From contig CAJQIZ010000024.1 of the NCBI GenBank assembly GCA_905478555.1, forward strand, positions 8,300 to 72,299: a DNA stretch of 64,000 nucleotides. Reading direction: 5' to 3'. A program made the translations under genes and the position numbers. Under the pieces are notes generated by a model. The model was not told the DNA's origin and made no database searches. It saw only the letters and a list, made by a program, of their open reading frames with translations. This stretch comes from an uncultured Flavobacteriales bacterium. Its GTDB lineage: Bacteria; Bacteroidota; Bacteroidia; Flavobacteriales; BACL11. Position 1 is the stretch's first letter. Every line of letters begins with the position of its first letter. Positions 23,242 through 31,594 of the stretch are shown one piece after another.

Positions 23242-23534
23242 TAACACACTGATTACCAAGCCCAAGAACATAAGATTTAGAAATTATTTTATAAAATAAT
23301 TTTTTACCCCCTTTTATCAGATAATGCCACCAAAAAAAATGTAAAACGGTGCAAATTCTGGTGAAAGAAAATTGGAGTAAAAATTTTCTTCTTTTTTCAT
23401 CATTAAAAAAATCATCTTTTTGCATCTGTAAACGTATATCTTTAAAGATAATTTATATTTATTTTTAAAGATAACTTATTGATAATCAATTTATTAAATG
23501 GTAACTATATTGTATAATTTAATAAATTTGTAAG

Positions 23535-24779
23535 ATGAAAAAACAGTTATTAGTAAGCTTCTTGGCAAGAAAATCAATGATGAAGAAAAATGGCATGGCG
23601 CCAATTTATTGTCGTGTGAGATATGACGACACCACAACTAAGTTTAGTACTAAAATAGATGTGCCGTATATAAATTGGGATTCCAAAAGAACACGCGTAA
23701 TAGGTAATAGTAAAAAAGCAATGAATTTGCAATTAGAAACGATTCGTATAGAAATAATAGAGAAATACGAAGAGCTTACTAAAGCGAATGTAGTAGTTAC
23801 TTCCAAAAAAATAGTAGATTACTATAAAAATGAAATGGTTATTATGAATTCTATAGTAAATGTAGTTATAGAACATAATAAAAACATGAAATCTCTAATT
23901 GGCAAAGAATACTCTTATGGCTCTTTTAAAAATTATAAAACGACTCTTAAGCATTTACGTAGTTATATTAAAGAAACTTATAGTAAAAAAGACGTATTAC
24001 TAAGTAAAGTAGATTATCATTTTATCTCTCATTTTTCTCTCTATATTTTGAAAGAGACAGAATGTAATAATAATGGTATGATGAAGCATATGCAAAGGCT
24101 TAAGAAAATTATTAATTTCTCTCTTAAGAATAACTACATAACAAATGATCCATTTACTGGATTTAAAATAAGCTTTAAAAGAACAAATAGAGTTTACTTA
24201 ACAAAAGAAGAATTACTTACTATTTCGCAAGTAACATTAAATGAAAGCTTAAGTAAAGTAAGAGACGTTTTTTTGTTCTCTTGCTACACGGGTCTTTCGT
24301 ACGTAGATTTATACAATTTGAAAAAAGAAAACATAAAGAGCGGTAATGATGGATTAGAGTGGATTTACATAAAGCGTAGTAAAACAAACATTCCTTCTAA
24401 TTTACCTCTCTTGCCACCTGCTTTCTCTCTTTTGAAAAAATATAGAGAAATAGAGAAGAAAAATAGAGAGAACAAAGAGAACGCAAGAGAAAAAATAGAA
24501 AGAAATAGAGAAAATAGAGTGTTTCCAATGATTAGTAATCAAAAGACAAATAAAGCTCTTAAAGAAATTTCTCTTTTATGTAATTTTAATAAGAAGATTA
24601 CTTTTCATAGTGCTCGCCATACTTTTGCTACGACCGTTACTTTAACAAACGGAGTGCCTATAGAAACAGTCTCTAAAATGCTTGGACATAATAATATAAG
24701 AACTACTCAAATTTATGCTCGAGTAATTGATTCAAAAATTAGTTCTGATATGCTTATTTTAAGAAATAAAATATTTTAA
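23535..24779 (+). CDS. Bacteroidota tyrosine integrase (arm-binding + SAM-like + catalytic domains)
   Basis: APIYCRV arm domain, YTGLSYVD, RSKT, FHSARHTF, MLGH, TQIYA. Confidence 0.93.
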   Translation: MKKQLLVSFLARKSMMKKNGMAPIYCRVRYDDTTTKFSTKIDVPYINWDSKRTRVIGNSKKAMNLQLETIRIEIIEKYEELTKANVVVTSKKIVDYYKNEMVIMNSIVNVVIEHNKNMKSLIGKEYSYGSFKNYKTTLKHLRSYIKETYSKKDVLLSKVDYHFISHFSLYILKETECNNNGMMKHMQRLKKIINFSLKNNYITNDPFTGFKISFKRTNRVYLTKEELLTISQVTLNESLSKVRDVFLFSCYTGLSYVDLYNLKKENIKSGNDGLEWIYIKRSKTNIPSNLPLLPPAFSLLKKYREIEKKNRENKENAREKIERNRENRVFPMISNQKTNKALKEISLLCNFNKKITFHSARHTFATTVTLTNGVPIETVSKMLGHNNIRTTQIYARVIDSKISSDMLILRNKIF

Positions 24780-24849
24780 TTATTAACAAGACTATAGAAT
24801 AAATGAAACATTATTGAGAAACAAATAATTAAATTATAAATTTGCTAGT

Positions 24850-26085
24850 ATGTCTAAAAAAATAAAAGTAATTGAATTATTTGCTGGCGTTGGAGGATTT
24901 CGTCTTGGATTAGAGAAGAGTAATTATAAAATTGTTTGGAGTAACCAATGGGAACCGTCAACCAAGAAGCAACATGCCTCAATGGTTTATGAAGCACGTT
25001 TTGGAAAAGCAAATCACTCAAACGAAAATATCAATGAGGTTGTATCTAGAAATGTAGAGGAAATTCCAGATCATGATTTATTAGTTGGTGGATTTCCTTG
25101 TCAGGATTATTCTGTTGCAACTACATTACATAATTCAAAAGGGTTAAAAGGTAAAAAAGGAGTTCTTTGGTGGTCAATTCATAAAATTCTAGAAAACAAG
25201 AAGAATAAACCAAAATATTTGTTTTTAGAAAATGTTGATAGGCTTCTAAAATCACCAGTTAGTCAAAGAGGGCGTGATTTTGCAGTAATGCTACAAAGTT
25301 TAAATAATTTGGGATATGCAGTAGAATGGAGAGTAATAAATGCAGCAGAATACGGAATGCCACAGAGAAGAAGAAGAATTTTCTTTCTTGCTTATCATAA
25401 ATCTACAGAAGTTTATAAAACACTTCAAAAGTCTAATAAAATCGATTGGATTATAAAAGAAGGAACGATTGCTAGTGCTTTTCCAGTCATTCAATCAAAT
25501 GTAATGCAAGAATTTCAGTTAAGAGGTAATTTGGTAGAAATAACCAACGAATTCAATAAAACTGGCAAAATATCACCTTTCCTAAATACCGGATTATTGA
25601 TTAAAGGAAAAGTTTATACAACAAAAACGAAGCCTAAATATAATGGCCAAAAAACTGTATTAGGTGATATATTACAAAATGGAGAAGTGAGCTCTGAATT
25701 CTTTATTGATGAAAATGACAAGCCTAAATGGGAATACTTAAAGGGTGCTAAAAAAGAAAAAAGAAAAACTAAGAATGGATTTGAATACAATTATACTGAA
25801 GGCGGAATGATTTACCCTGATGCATTAGATAATGCCTCAAGAACTATAATTACTGGAGAAGGAGGAAAATCTCCTTCAAGATTTAAACATGTAGTTGATT
25901 CTGATAGAGGTTTAAGAAGATTAACACCTGTCGAATTAGAAAGACTGAATATGTTTCCTATTAACCACACTAAACTTGATAATATTACTGATGCAAAAAG
26001 AGCATTCTTTATGGGGAATGCACTTGTTGTTGGAGTGGTAGAGAAAATAGGAGATGTTCTTTTTAGAAAGATAAGATCTCTCTAG
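24850..26085 (+). CDS. dcm: DNA (cytosine-5)-methyltransferase, M.Sau3AI-like
   Basis: ELFAGVGG, GGFPCQDYS, ENVDRLLKSP..QRGRDF, QRRRR, MGNA; strongly resembles M.Sau3AI as recalled. Confidence 0.92.
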   Translation: MSKKIKVIELFAGVGGFRLGLEKSNYKIVWSNQWEPSTKKQHASMVYEARFGKANHSNENINEVVSRNVEEIPDHDLLVGGFPCQDYSVATTLHNSKGLKGKKGVLWWSIHKILENKKNKPKYLFLENVDRLLKSPVSQRGRDFAVMLQSLNNLGYAVEWRVINAAEYGMPQRRRRIFFLAYHKSTEVYKTLQKSNKIDWIIKEGTIASAFPVIQSNVMQEFQLRGNLVEITNEFNKTGKISPFLNTGLLIKGKVYTTKTKPKYNGQKTVLGDILQNGEVSSEFFIDENDKPKWEYLKGAKKEKRKTKNGFEYNYTEGGMIYPDALDNASRTIITGEGGKSPSRFKHVVDSDRGLRRLTPVELERLNMFPINHTKLDNITDAKRAFFMGNALVVGVVEKIGDVLFRKIRSL

Positions 26086-26674
26086 TTTCTTTTTCTATTA
26101 TGAAACTTTCAGGTGAGGTAAGTCCAATTAGAACTATTGGTGTTGATATAAGATTATGATATGGTTTAAAGTATTCCTTAAATTTTTCAAAAGTACCAAT
26201 TGCTCCATCAAAATTTCCTGATTTCTTTAGTTCTTCAGTAGCAACAATTATTATTCCTAATTCTGTTTTGATTTCTTTTTCTACATGATTTAATTCACTT
26301 GCTAAAACAGGCTTCATGATATTATGAGCAGTTGCTTCTTGGTGATTAAATGCAACTTCAATTGAAATGAAGTTTTTTGCAAAATCTAACCTCCATCTAC
26401 TTCTGTTGGATTTATTATAAGGAGGCTCTTTAAATAATCCACTTTCAGAATTCCAACCTAAATTTTCTAACCTTTCCTTAAGTAAACTATTAATTGGTTC
26501 AGACAAACTCTTAATATTTTTTCTTGTTGTTTTTCTAGAGTTAAATTCTTTAATCAGATCTGAATCAGAGATAGAATCAATAACCTTAATTATTTGACTA
26601 TAATCTTTTTTAAACTTATTGTCATGTTCAACTAATACGTTTGAGTTCCTATGATTATAGATTGAGTAGTTCAT
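26063..26674 (-). CDS. BglII/BstYI-family type II restriction endonuclease
   Basis: RLDFAKNFISIEVAFNH PD-(D/E)xK-like core, LGIIIVAT; convergent with the MTase. Confidence 0.72.
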   Translation of the reverse strand: MNYSIYNHRNSNVLVEHDNKFKKDYSQIIKVIDSISDSDLIKEFNSRKTTRKNIKSLSEPINSLLKERLENLGWNSESGLFKEPPYNKSNRSRWRLDFAKNFISIEVAFNHQEATAHNIMKPVLASELNHVEKEIKTELGIIIVATEELKKSGNFDGAIGTFEKFKEYFKPYHNLISTPIVLIGLTSPESFIIEKETREILSF

Positions 26675-26704
26675 ATTTTTTTAATAGAGAAATAATTTAG
26701 ATGC

Positions 26705-28561
26705 TTAATATTTAAAGTCAGTGATATAAGCCTTCTTTATGTAATCTGCTAATATTTTTGTTCTTTTGTCAATCTCTGAAGGGCTGGATATAAAGTCTGA
26801 AGTAGTTAGATTTTCTTCATTTAACTTTTCAAAATTATAATCTCCATCTGTCTTTTCATTTGTTTCAATAAATTCTTTAGTAATTAGAGTTTTGGATTCC
26901 GCATTATTGAGTAGTTTTAATTTCTCTACGTGAGATTTATTTTGCATTTCACCATTTAATGATGCATCTATAATTAAGATATTGCCTAATTTATTTTCGT
27001 GTGCTCTACTAATATCTTTCGAGATGTCCCAATTGTCTTGTGCTTCCTGTGGCATGTAATGTTCTATAGAATGATTTTGTTGATTATGGAATGATCCATT
27101 TAAAACAAGTTCCTCAATATCACCAAAAATAGTATGAATAAGATGTTTGTTATTATTGTCATGTTTTATTTTATTGATTCCCTCATAATATTCTTCATTT
27201 AGGACTTTATAAACATCGATAGTTTTCTTTACATATCCATCAAAATGATTCTTGAAGGCTTTTTTTACATCTTTGTTGGACTTTTCATGGTCTTGAGGAA
27301 AATCAATTAATGATTTATTTATTGCTTTTGACAACTTATACATTGCAGGCGTAAAATCTCTTGTAGGAAATGAAAAGATATTAAAATGTAAAAATGAGAA
27401 AACAAAATGTTTCCTAAATATCTTTACAAGATAATTATCTTTATTTATAATTGAAACTTGTCTTTCATTTAATTTTGTTTCATAATCTAAAAGTGTAAAG
27501 ATTGGAATAATCCAAGATTTATTTCTTATAAATCTAAAACAATTCAAATATCTCATATAAACAGCTGAGTGCCTTGGATTTGAATTTGCAGACGGGTAAT
27601 GAACTTTAAATGAATTATAGTCTTTACAGTTAAATATGTTTTCAAATGTTTTAGATGATAATTCTAAATCATGAAAGAATTCTAACCATTTATCAGAATC
27701 ACTCTTGAATTCTTTTTTCATAGAAGTAAATAGATGTTTTTTTCCAACAGGTTTGAATTTTGCAATCCAATAATAATGCATAAACTCAATAAATGAGAAT
27801 CCTGTTAATGATAATCTATTATTTATTTTATTCCATCTATCATCTAAATCTTCAAGATCTTTATCATTAAGTCTGGCATGTTTAATTAATATATTCTTTA
27901 CCAATTCTGAGGCATTTAATTGTTCTCCTCTATGATTAACTGACTCAAAAATTTCAATACCTAAGACTATGTCAGAAATAGTCATCTCTACAACTTCTAG
28001 TTCAGATAACCTTTGTTTATAAAGTTTGTAAAATTCATCAGTATTATTATTGGTGTTTAGATAATCTTCTACTTGCGTATAAAAGTATAAATATGCTTTA
28101 TAAATCTCCTTTTCTATTTTAGTATTTCCATTTTCTGGTTCTTTATGAATATCACTGTTTTGAAAATTGAGAGTAAAATAATTTGCAATAGTTTTACTTA
28201 CAATTAATTTAGGTTTATCGTCAAATCCAATAATAAATTGTCTTAAGATTGCTCCTGCATTTATAACATCATCATTTTCCACTAATACATCTATAATCGC
28301 TTTTGATAAAATAGTTAATGTTGTAATCCTTTGCTGTCCGTCAAAAATCTGTTTTGGTTCTCCAATTATTTCTGGCTCTAGGAAGATAAAACTTCCAAGA
28401 AATGTGTCTTGGTCTTCTATTGAGAAAAATGAGTTCCACATTGTTTCCCAGTTTCCCTTTGACCATGTATATGACCTTTGGTTATATGGTATCTTATTTG
28501 GTATATTAGTGGAAATTATCTCATAAAGTGATTTTGTTGTACTTATAACTTTTTTTGACAT
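26705..28561 (-). CDS. DUF262-DUF1524 (GmrSD-like) nuclease
   Basis: QRSYTW, DGQQR, FESVNHRG; C-terminal SIEHYMPQ...LGN...N HNH. Confidence 0.88.
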   Translation of the reverse strand: MSKKVISTTKSLYEIISTNIPNKIPYNQRSYTWSKGNWETMWNSFFSIEDQDTFLGSFIFLEPEIIGEPKQIFDGQQRITTLTILSKAIIDVLVENDDVINAGAILRQFIIGFDDKPKLIVSKTIANYFTLNFQNSDIHKEPENGNTKIEKEIYKAYLYFYTQVEDYLNTNNNTDEFYKLYKQRLSELEVVEMTISDIVLGIEIFESVNHRGEQLNASELVKNILIKHARLNDKDLEDLDDRWNKINNRLSLTGFSFIEFMHYYWIAKFKPVGKKHLFTSMKKEFKSDSDKWLEFFHDLELSSKTFENIFNCKDYNSFKVHYPSANSNPRHSAVYMRYLNCFRFIRNKSWIIPIFTLLDYETKLNERQVSIINKDNYLVKIFRKHFVFSFLHFNIFSFPTRDFTPAMYKLSKAINKSLIDFPQDHEKSNKDVKKAFKNHFDGYVKKTIDVYKVLNEEYYEGINKIKHDNNNKHLIHTIFGDIEELVLNGSFHNQQNHSIEHYMPQEAQDNWDISKDISRAHENKLGNILIIDASLNGEMQNKSHVEKLKLLNNAESKTLITKEFIETNEKTDGDYNFEKLNEENLTTSDFISSPSEIDKRTKILADYIKKAYITDFKY

Positions 28562-28657
28562 TATTTTATTCTTTTAATTTAATGCTAATTTATATATTTA
28601 TTTTTTAAAATAACGAATTACTCTTAAATTTCAATTATTTTTTTAATTTTGGCTTAC

Positions 28658-28756
28658 TAGATTGATTAGCGGTGCAAAAAGCGGAGCAATTTTTAGTTTG
28701 AATGCTTGCTGTAATCATGTAAAAAGGTGTTAGGTTGTAATCCTGCTACCCCGACT
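28658..28756 (+). repeat. 99-bp arm + att core copy 2 (island right end)
   Basis: 96/99 identical to the reverse complement of 52167-52265 by manual alignment. Confidence 0.92.
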
Positions 28757-28973
28757 AAAAAATTCATGTTGTGTGACCTGGATATGGGATGCGAATTCAG
28801 GAGTTTGGGCTAAGATGGGTAGTATGACCTCTATAGGAGAGATAGGATCATTTGACAAAAAGATAATGAAAGTAGTTGATATCTTAGTTAGAGAATCTAA
28901 AGATTTAAAAAATCAAACTCTCTTTTATATCTATGACGATGGAACAGTAAAGAAAAGAATAGTTATAGAATAA
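28757..28973 (+). pseudogene. 5'-truncated remnant of a YDDGTV-tail secreted protein
   Basis: Ends KVVDILVRE...LFYIYDDGTVKKRIVIE like the 51-53 kb proteins; no leader or signal peptide; frame runs back into the core. Confidence 0.75.
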
Positions 28974-29033
28974 AATTATTTTAAAAAAGTTGTTTTAATT
29001 AGACAATCTAATTAATTCTTTAAGTTTGCTTTT

Positions 29034-29810
29034 ATGAAAAAAACCCTCATTCTGTCTCTTATACAATCCAATATTTTTTGGGAAGATGTAGATAAAAACC
29101 TTCTTCATCTTGAAGAATTAATATCAAAAAATTCGAATACAGATATTATTCTACTACCTGAAATGTTTAATACTTCTTTTTGTCCAAAATCTAATCATTT
29201 AGCAGAAACTATGAACGGCAAAACGGTGCGTTGGATGAATGAAATTGCTAGAAAGAAAGGATGTGCTATTGCTGGAAGTTTAATGATTTCAGAAGATGAA
29301 AAGGTTTATAATCGCCTAGTTTGGATTTCAAAAAATGGAGCAATACACACTTATGATAAACATCATTTATTCTCTTTAATTAAAGAAGAAAGATACATAA
29401 GTAAAGGAGAAGAAAGGTTAATTGTAGAGATAGAGGGATGGAAAATCTGTCCACTTATTTGTTACGATTTGCGTTTCCCTGTTTTTAGTAGAAATGATGT
29501 AGATTATGATGTACTGATTTATTTAGCAAATTGGCCTGTTAAAAGAATTGAGGCTTGGGATACCCTTCTAAAAGCTCGTTCTATTGAAAATCAGTGTTAC
29601 ACCATTGGGGTGAATAGAGTAGGAGAAGATGGAAACGGAATTCTTTTTAATGGTCACACCAAAGTGTTTGATGCTTTTGGTAACGAATTACTTTCTGCAA
29701 CAGAAAATGAAATAGAGGTGCTTCAAATAGAAATTAGCTTAGAAGATTTAAAGTTAAAAAGAAGGCAGATGAATTTCTTACAAGACAGAGATGATTTTAC
29801 TCTAACGTAA
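29034..29810 (+). CDS. omega-amidase YafV-like nitrilase family amidohydrolase
   Basis: LPEMF, YDKHHLF, ICYDLRFP, ARSIENQ. Confidence 0.9.
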   Translation: MKKTLILSLIQSNIFWEDVDKNLLHLEELISKNSNTDIILLPEMFNTSFCPKSNHLAETMNGKTVRWMNEIARKKGCAIAGSLMISEDEKVYNRLVWISKNGAIHTYDKHHLFSLIKEERYISKGEERLIVEIEGWKICPLICYDLRFPVFSRNDVDYDVLIYLANWPVKRIEAWDTLLKARSIENQCYTIGVNRVGEDGNGILFNGHTKVFDAFGNELLSATENEIEVLQIEISLEDLKLKRRQMNFLQDRDDFTLT

Positions 29811-30840
29811 TCCACTCTAACTCTATGTCCCAATTGGAGCGAATGGTTATTTTTTCATGAAAATGATATGTTTTTTCTGATTGTTTCTTCTCAGAAAAAT
29901 TCCCTGTATCCCAATAACCATTATCATTTTCATCCTGAAAAGCTCTTAAAGTATATTCTCCTGTGGAAATGTTTTTTAGCGTAAAGTTAAAAGTATTCTC
30001 AAATTTTTCTTGAACAATAACTTTATCTGCTTTTAATAGTTGAAGTACAATATTTCCACTAAAATCGGAATTTAAAGTCAAGTTTCCACCTTCTGTTATT
30101 GTTGTATCTTTCAATATCTCTGTAGAATCAATTTCGTATAAAGGATTAAAAGTATAAAGTTTAATTGAGGTGTCTACACCTGCAACAAATAATTTATCTG
30201 AAAAAGAAATAATTTCATCTTCATGATAAAAATAATCATCCCCAGAAAGAGAAACTACTTTGTAACTTCCCTCAATTATATTATTGAAAACGAAATAGCC
30301 GTCTATATTAGATTTACTCACATAATTTGGAGATGTTTTAAAGATTATAGAATCCTGAACATCAAATTGATACAGTAAAACCCAATGGTTTTTTTCATCT
30401 TCCTTTGTAAGAGAGTTCTGTAGAGAAACCTCTAAAGGTTGTAAGTTTATTTCTTTATTAAAAGTATAAATCTCATCAATTAATTTGGTTAAAACATTTC
30501 CTTCTGTAAGGTCTTTTATACAATTTCCAAAACTTACTTCATAATGTAAATTAGTATCTATATAGTCCTTAATAATTATCTCTAATACATTTCCCTTTAC
30601 TTTATGAGAAACTCCATTTAAAGGCGGTGAAATATAGAAATTACCTACAAATTTATGTTCTTGTATTCTTTCATCAAATACATAAGTAAGCTTACTTTCT
30701 TTATTGTTATCTATTTCAATTTGATGAAAGTGATCAATACAACGTGGAGCCTCTTGGTCTTTCTCTCCTCCAGATGGCGCTACCATATTGGCGCATCCGC
30801 TAAATAGTAAAACAAAAAAAATAGAGAGGTGTAATTTCAT
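29797..30840 (-). CDS. Ig-like (Big_5) domain lipoprotein
   Basis: LFSGCA lipobox, PSGGEKD..AP, DENDNGYWDTG; start moved to 30840. Confidence 0.75.
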   Translation of the reverse strand: MKLHLSIFFVLLFSGCANMVAPSGGEKDQEAPRCIDHFHQIEIDNNKESKLTYVFDERIQEHKFVGNFYISPPLNGVSHKVKGNVLEIIIKDYIDTNLHYEVSFGNCIKDLTEGNVLTKLIDEIYTFNKEINLQPLEVSLQNSLTKEDEKNHWVLLYQFDVQDSIIFKTSPNYVSKSNIDGYFVFNNIIEGSYKVVSLSGDDYFYHEDEIISFSDKLFVAGVDTSIKLYTFNPLYEIDSTEILKDTTITEGGNLTLNSDFSGNIVLQLLKADKVIVQEKFENTFNFTLKNISTGEYTLRAFQDENDNGYWDTGNFSEKKQSEKTYHFHEKITIRSNWDIELEWITLE

Positions 30841-30856
30841 ATCAGCAAATATAACA

Positions 30857-31547
30857 TTAAGCAATAGCAATTGTAACAATACTAACTTTTATTCCTTCAA
30901 TTTGTTGTAGTGATGTAATGCAAGCTTCCAAAGTAGATCCAGTTGTTACCACATCATCAATTAGTAAAATGTGTTTATATTTTAATTTTTCTAAATCTGT
31001 CATTCGGAATACTTCTCCAACATTTTCTCATCTGATGTATTTGTTCTTTTTAGTTTGCGATTCAGTATCTACCGTTCTTGTTAGTGTTGTTGTCTCTATT
31101 TCTGTTTTTAGAACTTCTTTATTGCTTTTTCAATACACCTACTTTGGCTGTATCCTCTTATCTTTTCCTTTTTAGAATGAAGAGGAACAGGGATAATATA
31201 GTCAATATCTTTAAAAAATATACCCTCTTCTATTTCATATCCAATTTGTTTGCCTAAAAAGATTCCAACTTTTTGGTTTTCCTCATATTTCAGGGCATAT
31301 ATCATTTTTTGCAAAGGACTATCTTTTACAAATTCGTAAAGAGCCGCAGAATGACCTAATTGAACTTTTCCCCAAAAGAGTTTTTGTAAGTCGTTCTCTT
31401 TTATCTCAAAATGATTTGTTTTTGGAATGTGAAACTGACAAACAGTACAAATACACTGTTCATATTTAAATAGGGAATTGTTCCACCCTAAACAAATTTT
31501 ATGATAAATAAGGAAATGAAATCATCAAAAAGGGAAGAAATCCACAT
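30857..31547 (-). pseudogene. comF: disrupted ComF family phosphoribosyltransferase
   Basis: Fragments in several frames (CICTVC, IPVPLH..RGYSQS, LLIDDVVTTGSTL); frameshifts plus in-frame TGA at 31028-31030. Confidence 0.85.
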
Positions 31548-31557
31548 AAATTAGCAT

Positions 31558-31585
31558 AAAAAAGAGGTCTTAAAAAGACCTCTTT
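31558..31585 (-). terminator. intrinsic terminator after nrdJ
   Basis: aaagaggtct/agacctcttt stem with U run on the minus strand. Confidence 0.75.
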
Positions 31586-31594
31586 ACTATTATT

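Larger units (their letters stand above)
23191..28755 (+). mobile_element. integrative defence island bounded by 17-bp direct repeats
   Basis: AATCCTGCTACCCCGAC at 23191-23207 and 28739-28755 flanking integrase, MTase, REase and DUF262 genes. Confidence 0.88.

Noticed and set aside
26074-26079. AGATCT (BglII site) inside the MTase/REase overlap as a regulatory site
   Set aside because: A single hexamer at gene 3' ends; compatible with chance
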